The translations under genes and the position numbers were made by a program. Shown here piece by piece: positions 1 through 9,163 of a stretch of DNA of 32,000 nt. The stretch is from Cylindrospermopsis raciborskii Cr2010 (GTDB lineage: Bacteria > Cyanobacteriota > Cyanobacteriia > Cyanobacteriales > Nostocaceae), in assembly GCF_003367075.2 (NCBI RefSeq), contig NZ_CP065936.1:810001-842000 (forward strand). Direction: 5' to 3'. The number at the start of each line of letters is the position of its first letter. Position 1 is the stretch's first letter. The notes under the pieces were generated by a model that worked only from the letters and a program-made list of their open reading frames with translations, was not told the origin of the DNA and ran no database searches.

Positions 1-247
1 AATTTAAGTTTAATTGAGTTAGCTTTTATCTATACTTTATTATAAGAATTGTGATAAGAAGCGCGATCTGGCGAGTGCTAGTGCTTTCCGATCTCCCATA
101 GGGAGTGCTTTGTAATCGCGTCTTGATATATAGTGGGTTTACAAAGCTGTGGTATAATGGGTAGAAAAAGTATGAGAACTATAAAAGGCTACGGCACTTC
201 CAGAGATTTTTTTGTGAAATTCTTATTCTTATTTTAGGATAATGGCA

Positions 248-282
248 GAAACTAAAATAAGATTAAATCTTATTTTAGTTTC
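248..282. repeat. Perfect 17-bp inverted repeat with 1-nt centre
   Basis: GAAACTAAAATAAGATT-a-AATCTTATTTTAGTTTC read directly. Confidence 0.85.
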
Positions 283-285
283 AAG

Positions 286-486
286 GTGGAGCAAATGAAA
301 CGAGGGATTCAGGGACATTATGTGACCATTTCCACAGCAGGTGAGAGGGCGCATGCTTTTATTCCCAAGCCTTTACCTCCTCATCCCGCCATTGAGTGGA
401 CACAGACACTATCTAGCAAATTTGATCAAGCACTTGTTAGCCTTGGTCGTCGGTGCGATCGCACTCTCAAATTATATAATCCATAA
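286..486 (+). pseudogene. Truncated Fic-family protein, N-terminal fragment only
   Basis: 66-aa ORF with GHYVTISTAGERAHAFIPKPLPPHPAIEWTQTLSSKFDQALVSLGR, typical of the Fic N-terminal region. It diverges after LGR next to a GCGATCGC site, and no HPFxxGNGR Fic core follows. Confidence 0.6.
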
Positions 487-561
487 ATGCGATCGCACAT
501 CCTTGGTTAAATAGCAGTATAATGTCAAAGATAATCTTGAGCAAAAGAATGAGATAGTGCA

Positions 562-987
562 TTATAATATATTCAGGTTCCTGTCAGTAACATCCTTGAG
601 AGTGTAACAGCAATTAACTGGTATCTCCATACCTGTTTCAGCGATCGCATCCAAACGAGCTTTTTGGTAAATCCTATTTAAAAACTCGTCCGTCATATAT
701 TTTTTAAGACTCGGACTATCGATTAAATAATCCTCAATATTGCTCCTTTCTCTTTGAACAGTCACCAACCAACTTCGCGATCGCAATTCAGGTTGATAGT
801 CCCACTTGAGTAAGTGATGCAATATTAGTCGCATACTACTTAATAACCGATCTCGTTCTCGTTTCGACAAGTCTCTAATTTCTTCCACTAAGTTTATGAT
901 ATCTAGCTTATCAAAATGCCCGTTAGCAATTAGATCAGCCATCTTTTCTGACCAGAGAGCAAAATCTTGTTCATACAAGGTTGTCAT
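562..987 (-). CDS. DUF29 family protein
   Basis: LYEQDFALWSEKMADLIANGHFDKLDIINLVEEIRDLSKRERDRLLSSMRLILHHLLKWDYQP matches the usual DUF29 pattern. Confidence 0.8.
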   Translation of the reverse strand: MTTLYEQDFALWSEKMADLIANGHFDKLDIINLVEEIRDLSKRERDRLLSSMRLILHHLLKWDYQPELRSRSWLVTVQRERSNIEDYLIDSPSLKKYMTDEFLNRIYQKARLDAIAETGMEIPVNCCYTLKDVTDRNLNIL

Positions 988-1092
988 AGTTTGTATATCT
1001 GTTCATAGAAATTATCTGTCCCGTCATCATAATTAAGAAATTCCGTCATTTTTTAGCAGTTGCAATTATCATGACTATGACTCCTATAAAAT

Positions 1093-1256
1093 GCTGACTT
1101 TACTATTTTAACAAGCGATCGCGAAGTACTCGCTGTGGGCGATCGCATTTATGGTGGGGTAGGTAAGGTGGAAAAAACTGATGGGGGAGTAAACTTTTAG
1201 TTGGGATGAAACCAAATCAAAAAAAAGCTGACTTTACTATTTTAACAAGCGATCGC
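1093..1256. repeat. Two copies of a 30-nt direct repeat ending in HIP1 (1093-1122 and 1227-1256)
   Basis: gctgactttactattttaacaagcgatcgc is present twice, identical. Confidence 0.8.
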
Positions 1257-1306
1257 CCAGTGATAGGTTAGAGTACATAGGAAATCATTGCTGAAGAAAC
1301 TAGTTT

Positions 1307-3292
1307 TTAAGGATTAGAACTCGTTATGGCTCTTTTCATGGTTTGAAATATGTGGGTTTGATCCACTAAACCACGTCCACCTGGTATAGTATAGGTAGAC
1401 CCAGTACTGTCTGTAAATTTTACGTTCTGTCCTGCATATATGGTTAAATTACCAGAATAAGCTCCCTGATAATAAACAGGTACAGGTCTTCTAGTATGAT
1501 TGCCCCACAGATACTTTTGGGTGGGATCTGACCCCCAAAAATGACCAGCATCTCTGGGGTTGTGCTTGATAAAGGTAATATCCTTGGCATTATATTTCAA
1601 TCCCCTAGCCATTTTTCCATCTTGGGGAGTTAATTTCTGGGGAAAATCATCGTTTAGTGTCAGATAGTGGTCATGGTCAGCAGTCACAATCAGCAAATTT
1701 TTCTTCCATCCACCATTAGTGTTAATCCAATCAACCACACTTTGAACGGCTTTGTCAAAGTCATTGACTGTACCAATTAAATTATCCATATTATTGTCAT
1801 GAGCTGCCCAGTCAATATCACCACCCTCTACCATTAGCCAGAAACCATCCCTATCTTTACCAAGGACAGTTAGAGCTGCTTTGGTCATTTCCTCTAAGGT
1901 GGGATTTTCGTTGATTTCTCTAGCAATAAAGGAAGCATTGGTTTCACCAGGAGCCAAAGGACGAACAGTATCTGTATTAGCTGAGTTAGCAGTGGTAGGG
2001 TTCCCCGATTTATCAATTACTGGTATACATTCATTGGTAGAAGCAGTAATTATTTTCCCGGAAGCGCAACTAGAAGTAGTTCCAGTTTTCACCACCGAGC
2101 TATACAAACCAAACTGTCCTAACCCTGTGAGACTATAATCTCCCTTAGAAGAACTGACAGGTATATTACCATCTTGACCACGGGCCCCATACAGACCAAA
2201 CAGTTTATCACCATTGTTTGGATTAGTATTTGCAGCAGTCTGTGCTAGGATTTCACTGGCATTGGGACCTCGTTCCAAAAAAGTATAACCATAGCGATTC
2301 TTGAGGTTAGGTTTGGTAAGGTGATTAACTGCACAAGCAACTGTGTCGGAGATTTCTGTTTTGCCACTTAAATTCTTATAAGTATCTCCAGTAATATAAG
2401 TATATTTACATACGTATCCAGTAGCTGTAGAATTGGATAAATCCAGAGGGTGTCCACCACCCAACAAAACATTGGGTTGAAAATCTAACAGTGTTTGTTG
2501 CAATATGCTATCCTGGTTGGTCTTTTTGGGGTCATAAGTACTGTCATATTTGTTGCGACGATTAACAAAGGAAGCTGCTGCTCCAGGAGTCGCATGGCTC
2601 ACAGGTACTGAGGTTACTAAACCTGTGGACTTACCTTGCTGTTTAGCAATTTCCAGAATGGTGGTTAGTTTCTTCTCATAAATATCCACACCCATGGCGT
2701 TATTATAACTCTTTACGCCTGTATATAAGGTTGTAGCCGTGTTAGCGGAATCAGGATAGCTATATTTAATGTACTCCTTATTGTAACTACTAGGACGAGC
2801 AGGAGTCAGAGGGATCCAGGGAGTAGGTCCCCCTTGAGATATGTCGTATCCAACAACATTGCCAGGGTTTGTACTGTTGCCATCGGAGCGATTACCAGGA
2901 TTAAGTGGGGAGGAATTAAATGAAAAGCCCTCAATTACCTGACTAGCTCCTGTGACTGGATTACTACCGTCCAGGGCAGAGTTTCCAGTAGATTTAGTTC
3001 CATTACCCCTCTGAATGGTAGTACCAAAAGTGGTTACTAGTCCATATCCGGTTAAAGTTTGCATACTTAAACCAGATCCTTTGCCTGCAGTATAAAAAGC
3101 CCCACCTCTAGCTACTGCAGCAGCACGGGTCATATTCCAACCCATGCCATCACCAATCATGAGAATGACGTTAATGCCATTACCAGTGGCTAAGACAGTT
3201 TGAGGATAACTAAAAGCCACTATAAAGACCGAGAAAATTAGGGAAAGACTGAAGGATATAAGTCTTCTGCACCTGTTTGATAATGATGGCAT
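1307..3292 (-). CDS. Secreted alkaline phosphatase (PhoA-type superfamily)
   Basis: 661 aa with an N-terminal hydrophobic signal, NVILMIGDGMGW, the catalytic-Ser-like YPDSANTATTLYTGVK, VEGGDIDWAAHDNN and TADHDH metal-ligand motifs. Confidence 0.88.
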   Translation of the reverse strand: MPSLSNRCRRLISFSLSLIFSVFIVAFSYPQTVLATGNGINVILMIGDGMGWNMTRAAAVARGGAFYTAGKGSGLSMQTLTGYGLVTTFGTTIQRGNGTKSTGNSALDGSNPVTGASQVIEGFSFNSSPLNPGNRSDGNSTNPGNVVGYDISQGGPTPWIPLTPARPSSYNKEYIKYSYPDSANTATTLYTGVKSYNNAMGVDIYEKKLTTILEIAKQQGKSTGLVTSVPVSHATPGAAASFVNRRNKYDSTYDPKKTNQDSILQQTLLDFQPNVLLGGGHPLDLSNSTATGYVCKYTYITGDTYKNLSGKTEISDTVACAVNHLTKPNLKNRYGYTFLERGPNASEILAQTAANTNPNNGDKLFGLYGARGQDGNIPVSSSKGDYSLTGLGQFGLYSSVVKTGTTSSCASGKIITASTNECIPVIDKSGNPTTANSANTDTVRPLAPGETNASFIAREINENPTLEEMTKAALTVLGKDRDGFWLMVEGGDIDWAAHDNNMDNLIGTVNDFDKAVQSVVDWINTNGGWKKNLLIVTADHDHYLTLNDDFPQKLTPQDGKMARGLKYNAKDITFIKHNPRDAGHFWGSDPTQKYLWGNHTRRPVPVYYQGAYSGNLTIYAGQNVKFTDSTGSTYTIPGGRGLVDQTHIFQTMKRAITSSNP

Positions 3293-3325
3293 CCTGGTAT
3301 CTCTTAAAACTAGTGAGTTGAGTAT

Positions 3326-3604
3326 TTACTGATAAAAATTGGGTTCTAAGTGCGTAGCGGTAAATTCTGAAACAATGGGTGTTATGTTATCGTTAGTGAG
3401 CTGATAGGGCGTATCCGGTTTTTCGTTGAACCCACTTAAAGACATTAATATGAAGGCGATTAGACCAGATACAAAGCAGATCACAGGTTTGTAATACTTT
3501 CGTGGTAACAATGAAATCATGTTTCTCTGGAAAAGAATCACTCCTATTCTATATTCTGGAGGTTGAGTTCGGGTTAAGTTTTTGTTAAGATTTGAAGGGG
3601 GCAA
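3326..3604 (-). CDS. Small hypothetical protein with one predicted membrane segment
   Basis: ORF of 92 aa with a hydrophobic stretch PVICFVSGLIAFILMSLSGF. The start is uncertain (internal Met possible). Confidence 0.35.
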   Translation of the reverse strand: MPPSNLNKNLTRTQPPEYRIGVILFQRNMISLLPRKYYKPVICFVSGLIAFILMSLSGFNEKPDTPYQLTNDNITPIVSEFTATHLEPNFYQ

Positions 3605-3687
3605 CTGTTAGATTGCTACAATCAGAAGTGGCGACCTACTCCTAATCATCTCATAGCTTCTTAGTACAGCTAATAAACCGGCTAGAA

Positions 3688-3975
3688 ATGACAAGTCTTT
3701 ATGAAAAAGATTTCTGCCAATGGGTTGAGCAGACTACCCATTGTCCCGTTAATGGTGATTTTGCAGCAATTGATGTTGAGCATTTAGTTGAGGAATTAAA
3801 GGATCTGGGTAACTCCATTAAGCACTCTTTAGAGAGTAACTTAACTATCTTGCTAGCCCATCTACTAAAGCTGATGGTTCAGTCTGATGCACCCCCTAGT
3901 ATGAAGAACAATTGGTATAATTCCGTCAAAGAGTTGCAAAACTCCTACACAAGAATCCTTGAGAATTATTATTGA
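3688..3975 (+). pseudogene. C-terminally truncated DUF29 family ORF
   Basis: LYEKDFCQWVEQTTHCPVNGDFAAIDVEHLVEELKDLGNS...LLAHLLKLMVQSDAP aligns by eye to the 13536 DUF29 ORF but stops at RILENYY, overlapping the end of the TetR gene. Confidence 0.6.
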
Positions 3976-4640
3976 ATTGTGGATTCCTTCACCAAAACTC
4001 CATTTAAGAATATATCTGCTAAACCTTCGGCCATTTGTTGCATTTCCTGGGGAGATGCATTTGGTTCAATTAGAGTGTGATCAGAAAAACCTGCGATCGC
4101 GAACATTCCTAAAAATACTTTAGCAACCAATTTAGCATCCATTTGGCGATAGATACCCCTATCCATGGCGGTTTGGAAAAATGCTTCTGCAACACTGGTC
4201 ATTTTATCAATCACCTCAGTTTGGATGCGATTCTGCAAATCTGGATGAAACTGCACCTCCATGAAACAAACTCGCATCAAATCAACATTCTTTTGCATGT
4301 TCCACATTCTGCGACGCATAACCTGAGCTATGGCTTTATAACTACCCATTTCACTCAATTCTGTCAGTAGGTCCGTGAGAATTTCTACCCAACCATTGGT
4401 TGCTACCTCTACCAGAATTGCCTTTTTATTGGCAAAATGACGAAAGAGTGTACCCTCAGCAACTCCTGCAGCGTGGGCTAAATCACGGGTAGTAGTGCTA
4501 TCAAATCCCCTGGAAGCAAATAAACGCAATGCTGCTATAACAATGCGGCTACGGGTTTGAGCTTCTGAAGGGGAGGAATAATGAAAAACTGGCATAGTAG
4601 TTATTCGGTGTGTGTTAGGGAACACGAATTTTATCTGCAT
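3969..4640 (-). CDS. TetR/AcrR family transcriptional regulator (start may be the internal Met near 4592)
   Basis: RSRIVIAALRLFASRGFDSTTTRDLAHAAGVAEGTLFRHFANKKAIL is a TetR helix-turn-helix. Confidence 0.9.
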   Translation of the reverse strand: MQIKFVFPNTHRITTMPVFHYSSPSEAQTRSRIVIAALRLFASRGFDSTTTRDLAHAAGVAEGTLFRHFANKKAILVEVATNGWVEILTDLLTELSEMGSYKAIAQVMRRRMWNMQKNVDLMRVCFMEVQFHPDLQNRIQTEVIDKMTSVAEAFFQTAMDRGIYRQMDAKLVAKVFLGMFAIAGFSDHTLIEPNASPQEMQQMAEGLADIFLNGVLVKESTIQ

Positions 4641-4748
4641 TGTCTAACATGAAAGTTAGGAAGTACGGAAAGCTTAATAGAAGATTAATGCTTTGTTTGC
4701 TATCTGACCGGAATTTTAAAGAATTGTAAATTTAGTTGGATTTTTGCT

Positions 4749-6296
4749 ATGACCCATTGGATTTTTACTTGTATGAGGCGTTTTCTGGTAATAACCCTAG
4801 CATTTTTCTTATTTTGTGGTAATTTTCCCATTCAAACAGCGATCGCCCTACAAGGTAATCAAAGTTCGATTAAGCCCTATTTAGACCGAGTTGTTAAGCA
4901 ACTAACAGAGTTCACTTTAGATAATGGTTTAAAGTTTATTGTCTTGGAAAGACATCAAGCACCCGTGGTTTCTTTTCTGACTTATGCAAATGTTGGGGGG
5001 ATAGATGAACCAGATGGACAAACAGGAGTAGCTCATTTTTTGGAACACTTAGCTTTTAAGGGAACTAAGCGTATTGGTACAACAAACTACAAAGAGGAGA
5101 AGCCCTTATTAGATAAATTAGAGCAATTAGATAGTCAAATTAGAGCTGCCAAGAGTGAAAATAGAACGGAAGAGCTAGAAAAGCTAAAAAAAGAGTTCAA
5201 AACCGTAGAAGCTCAAGCTGGGAAATTGGTGAAACAAAATGAAATGGGTCAAATAGTTGAACAAGCTGGAGGTGTGGGTTTAAATGCTAATACTTCTAGT
5301 GAAGCAACCCGTTACTTTTATAGTTTTCCCGCCAATAAATTGGAGCTGTGGATGTCTCTGGAATCAGAAAGATTTTTAGAACCGGTATTCCGAGAATTTT
5401 ATAAAGAAAGGGATGTGATTTTAGAAGAAAGACGAATGCGGGTAGAAAATTCTCCCGTAGGGTTAATGGTTGAAAAATTCACCGATGTTGCTTTTAAAGT
5501 TCACCCTTACCGGAGACCTGTTATTGGTTATGATGAAGATATTCGTAACCTTTCTCCAGCTAATGTGAGGGAGTTTTTTAACAAGTATTATGTTCCCAGT
5601 AATTTAACCATTGCGGTGGTTGGTGATGTTAACCCTAATCAGGTTAAAAGATTGGCCAAAATTTATTTTGGTAGATATCCAGCTAAACCGAAAGCACAAG
5701 CTAAAATTAACCCCGAACCTAAACAAACCAGCACCAGAGAAATTACCGTAGAACTACCCTCACAACCTTGGTACTTGGAGGGCTATCATCGTCCTAGTAT
5801 CACTGACCCCGATAACGCTGTTTACGATATTATCAGCAGTTTACTAAGTAATGGTAGGACTTCACGACTGTATAAATCTTTGATTGAAACCCAAAGAGTG
5901 GCTTTGGTGGCGGAAGGGATTAGTGGTTTTCCAGGAGACAAGTATCCTAATTTAATGTTATTTTATGCTCTGACAGCACCAGGTCATACAGTAGATAAAT
6001 TGGCGATCGCCCTAGGTCAGGAAATTACCAAATTGCAAACCCAGCTCGTATCTGAGAAAGAATTAGAGCGAGTCAAAACACAAGCTAGAGCAGGTTTACT
6101 AAGGAGTTTAGATTCCAATATGGGTATGGCACAGCAACTATTGGAATATGAAGTGAAAACAGGTTCTTGGCGGAATTTATTCAAGCAATTGGATGACATT
6201 ACAAAGGTTACCCCTGCGGATATTCAAAGAGTAGCACAATCAACCTTCACAGCGGAAAATCGCACAATTGGTAAATTACTTTCCCAAAAATCATAG
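4749..6296 (+). CDS. M16 family zinc metallopeptidase, catalytic type
   Basis: N-terminal signal-like segment and the HxxEH motif HFLEH (about 5034-5048), with M16-typical EGHQTGVAHFLEHLAFKGT-like context and a C-terminal M16 domain. Confidence 0.9.
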   Translation: MTHWIFTCMRRFLVITLAFFLFCGNFPIQTAIALQGNQSSIKPYLDRVVKQLTEFTLDNGLKFIVLERHQAPVVSFLTYANVGGIDEPDGQTGVAHFLEHLAFKGTKRIGTTNYKEEKPLLDKLEQLDSQIRAAKSENRTEELEKLKKEFKTVEAQAGKLVKQNEMGQIVEQAGGVGLNANTSSEATRYFYSFPANKLELWMSLESERFLEPVFREFYKERDVILEERRMRVENSPVGLMVEKFTDVAFKVHPYRRPVIGYDEDIRNLSPANVREFFNKYYVPSNLTIAVVGDVNPNQVKRLAKIYFGRYPAKPKAQAKINPEPKQTSTREITVELPSQPWYLEGYHRPSITDPDNAVYDIISSLLSNGRTSRLYKSLIETQRVALVAEGISGFPGDKYPNLMLFYALTAPGHTVDKLAIALGQEITKLQTQLVSEKELERVKTQARAGLLRSLDSNMGMAQQLLEYEVKTGSWRNLFKQLDDITKVTPADIQRVAQSTFTAENRTIGKLLSQKS

Positions 6297-6319
6297 GTAG
6301 AGAGGAAGAAAGCAGAACC

Positions 6320-7837
6320 ATGGTCAGGAGTAAAAAATTGAAATTTTCACGTAATATTTTCCCCAAGTTGGGTAGAACTTGGCAATTATTTTTCGCGGTA
6401 GTAATTGCCTTAGTATTGACCTTGAATTTCTCAAGGGTAGCAACAGCAGCAGCGAAGCATTATACCGACTTACAATTCAATTCTTTACCGGGAATTAAAC
6501 TGCCAAAGTATGAGCGATTCCAATTAAACAACGGTTTAGTCGTCTATTTAATGGAGGATCATGAATTACCCTTAGTTAGTGGAACAACTCTAATTAAGAC
6601 TGGTAGTCGTTGGGAAGCAGGAGACAAAGTTGGTTTGGGTGACGTTGTAGGTTCACTAATGCGCATTGGAGGAACTAACAAACACTCCCCGGATGAACTA
6701 AATGAAATTTTGGAGCAAAGAGCAGCATCCGTAGAAACTGATATTAATGAAAGCACTGGAACTGCGAGTTTTGAAAGTTTAACTGAAGATTTAGAAACTG
6801 TGTTCGGGTTGTTTGCAGAAGTCTTACGAGAACCAGCTTTTGCTCCAGAAAAGTTGGAATTGATTAAAACTCAAATTAAGGGAAGTATTGCCCGTCGCAA
6901 TGATGATTCTGACAATATTGCCAGTCGGGAGTTTCGCAAATTAATCTATGGTCAAAATAGTCCCTATGCACGCACTATAGAATATGCAACTCTGGATAAA
7001 ATCCAGCGAGAAGATGTGATTAACTTCTATCGGAAATATTTCCATCCCAATAACATAATCCTGGGAATTGTGGGGGATTTTAACCCGAAAAAAATGCGCT
7101 CTCTGATTCAGACTAAACTGGGTGATTGGCAACCTAATCTCAACATTGCTAAAACTCAATTACCACCAGTGCAGCAAGCTAATTTAAGTGGGTTATTCTT
7201 TGTCAATCAACCACAACTGACACAGAGCAGCATTTTGATGGGACATTTGGGGGGAAAATTCAATAGTCCAGATTATGCAGCATTAGATGTGATGAATGGT
7301 GTGCTAAATGGGTTTGGAGGAAGACTATTTAATGAAGTGCGATCGCGCCAAGGTTTAGCCTACTCTGTATATGGTTTATGGAATCCCCGTTTTGATTATC
7401 CGGGTGTGTTTATTGCTGGTGGACAAACTCGTTCTGATGCTACCGTACAGTTTATAAAATCCATTCAATTAGAGATTGAGCGCATTCAAAAGCAACCAGT
7501 AACAGCGAAAGAATTAAGGTATGCTAAGGAGTCCACCCTAAATTCTTTTGTATTCAATTTTCAGGATCCAGGTCAAACCCTGTCACGGTTAATGCGTTAT
7601 GAATATTATGGTTATCCTGCTGACTTTCTGTTTCGCTATCAAAAAGCGGTGACAAAAACCACAGCTGCAGATGTGCAAAGAGTGGCTCAGAAATATCTCA
7701 AACCAGAGAATTTAGTTACTTTAGTCGTAGGAAATCAAAGTGCCATTCAACCACCGTTAACCCAGTTAGCAAGTAAAATTACACCAATAGATATCACCAT
7801 TCCCGGATCTCAAGACACAGGCTCAAAAATCAACTGA
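6320..7837 (+). CDS. M16 family peptidase-like protein lacking the HxxEH motif
   Basis: Collinear with the upstream M16 gene: LNNGLVVYLMEDHELPLVSG, VVGSLMRIGGTNKHSPDELNEILEQRAAS, RNDDSDNIASREFRKLIYG. No HxxEH zinc motif. Confidence 0.85.
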   Translation: MVRSKKLKFSRNIFPKLGRTWQLFFAVVIALVLTLNFSRVATAAAKHYTDLQFNSLPGIKLPKYERFQLNNGLVVYLMEDHELPLVSGTTLIKTGSRWEAGDKVGLGDVVGSLMRIGGTNKHSPDELNEILEQRAASVETDINESTGTASFESLTEDLETVFGLFAEVLREPAFAPEKLELIKTQIKGSIARRNDDSDNIASREFRKLIYGQNSPYARTIEYATLDKIQREDVINFYRKYFHPNNIILGIVGDFNPKKMRSLIQTKLGDWQPNLNIAKTQLPPVQQANLSGLFFVNQPQLTQSSILMGHLGGKFNSPDYAALDVMNGVLNGFGGRLFNEVRSRQGLAYSVYGLWNPRFDYPGVFIAGGQTRSDATVQFIKSIQLEIERIQKQPVTAKELRYAKESTLNSFVFNFQDPGQTLSRLMRYEYYGYPADFLFRYQKAVTKTTAADVQRVAQKYLKPENLVTLVVGNQSAIQPPLTQLASKITPIDITIPGSQDTGSKIN

Positions 7838-8073
7838 AAAGTAAATCTTCTCAGGAGATAGGAAACCAGTTCAAAGTTCTTACCTCACTCGTAAATCCCA
7901 GAGTTTCTAGCTTATAGAGTGGGGTAATTTAGAGACAATAAGCCTGAAGTTATGTCTATAAACTTGATATTGAAAGGTTGCAATTTTGAGAGATTATCTC
8001 AGAACATGAGAAAAAGAATTTAAAATTCTAAGTCAATTCTCCGTAACCCAAGATCTCACGAGGTGATGCAAAA

Positions 8074-8310
8074 ATGGACATAAAAATCAGTGATCTATAC
8101 CCTAATGGTGATGGCGACCTTTTGCAAGAAGTTACTCCTGGCGAAATGGTTAATATCCAAGGAGGTGTAAGACGAAGAAGGAGAAATTCCAATTCGGTTG
8201 AGAGTGGTGATATTTCCCAAATTTTAGGACGTGTCAACGACAACCTAGAAAGATGGAGAGTGGAGATTGATGACACACTAGATCAATTGAGAGATTCAGT
8301 CACCTTCTAA
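8074..8310 (+). CDS. Putative RiPP/bacteriocin-type precursor peptide A
   Basis: 78 aa. Leader MDIKISDLYPNGDGDLLQEVTPGEMVNIQGG with double-Gly, followed by VRRRRRNSNSVESG... Located at the head of the precursor array. Confidence 0.6.
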   Translation: MDIKISDLYPNGDGDLLQEVTPGEMVNIQGGVRRRRRNSNSVESGDISQILGRVNDNLERWRVEIDDTLDQLRDSVTF

Positions 8311-8343
8311 CCTTTGAGTTAAGTTTTTACTAATTCTTATTAT

Positions 8344-8365
8344 TCCTCCCTTGGTCAAGGGGGGA
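8344..8365 (+). terminator. Putative rho-independent-like hairpin after precursor A
   Basis: TCCTCCCTT-ggtc-AAGGGGGGA (one G:T wobble) followed by TTTATTATATATT. Confidence 0.5.
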
Positions 8366-8555
8366 TTTATTATATATTCAGGTAGCTGTTTTTAAAAACA
8401 GAAGGACATTAAATCATGACTAATGTCCAATCAACACAGTTCAAACCCTTGATTTTTTAAATTTTCTCCCATAAAAATAGGAGTATGGGTTGAGCAAACG
8501 TCAAACGCTCCCATCCCATATTCACCAATAAGAACAAGTATTCTAGGAGGAAATT

Positions 8556-8786
8556 ATGGCAAGTATTAAACTGGATCAGTTACAAACTACTGGTTCTGAA
8601 CTATTTCAAGATTCTGAAAGTTTTCTCAATGATATGAGTGATATCAACTCTATTTCTGTTCATGGAGGATTCGGATCCAATGTGAGTGACATGTCCATAT
8701 TCACCAAATTAGCAGAAGCATTTGTCAATACCTACGGTATTGGTCATATTGCCTATTTGGCTAAGTCCTACAGCAGTGGAGTATAA
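8556..8786 (+). CDS. Putative RiPP precursor peptide B (tandem family)
   Basis: MASIKLDQLQTTGSELFQDSESFLNDMSDINSISVHGG leader plus core FGSNVSDMSIFTKLAEAFVNTYGIGHIAYLAKSYSSGV. AGGAGG ribosome-binding site upstream. Confidence 0.8.
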   Translation: MASIKLDQLQTTGSELFQDSESFLNDMSDINSISVHGGFGSNVSDMSIFTKLAEAFVNTYGIGHIAYLAKSYSSGV

Positions 8787-8849
8787 AACTAAAACACTGT
8801 TGATTTAGGGAATGTTTATCACTAGCAATCAGTCTTTGAGGAGGAAATT

Positions 8850-9086
8850 ATGGCAAGTATCAAATTGGGTCAATTGCAAACCACTGGTTCTGAACTATTT
8901 CAAGATTCCGAAAGTTTTCTCAATGAAATGAGCGATGTCAATTCTATCTCTGTTTATGGTGGTGGGTCTGATGTTAGTGACATGTACACTCTCACTAAAT
9001 TAGGAGAAGCATTTGTAAATACCTACGGTATTGGTCATATCGCCTATTTAGCTAAGTCTTATAGTGATCATGATTATTATTGGTAA
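8850..9086 (+). CDS. Putative RiPP precursor peptide C (tandem family)
   Basis: MASIKLGQLQTTGSELFQDSESFLNEMSDVNSISVYGG leader plus core GSDVSDMYTLTKLGEAFVNTYGIGHIAYLAKSYSDHDYYW. Same ribosome-binding-site context as B and D. Confidence 0.82.
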   Translation: MASIKLGQLQTTGSELFQDSESFLNEMSDVNSISVYGGGSDVSDMYTLTKLGEAFVNTYGIGHIAYLAKSYSDHDYYW

Positions 9087-9163
9087 GAAAATTACCAGAT
9101 CATTTCCTGGTCACTTCTGGTTCACTCATACTAAGTTAATAAAAAATCCTTGAGGAGGAAATT

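Noticed and set aside
130-158. Promoter with TATAAT at 153-158
   Set aside because: No -35 at suitable spacing (TTTACA is 9 nt away, TTGATA is 24 nt away), so not called.
1881-2138. Plus-strand ORF inside the alkaline phosphatase gene
   Set aside because: Antisense shadow ORF. The minus-strand frame carries all conserved motifs.
8028-8276. Minus-strand ORF opposite precursor A
   Set aside because: Antisense to a leader/GG-containing ORF that fits the array. The minus-strand translation has no recognisable motif.
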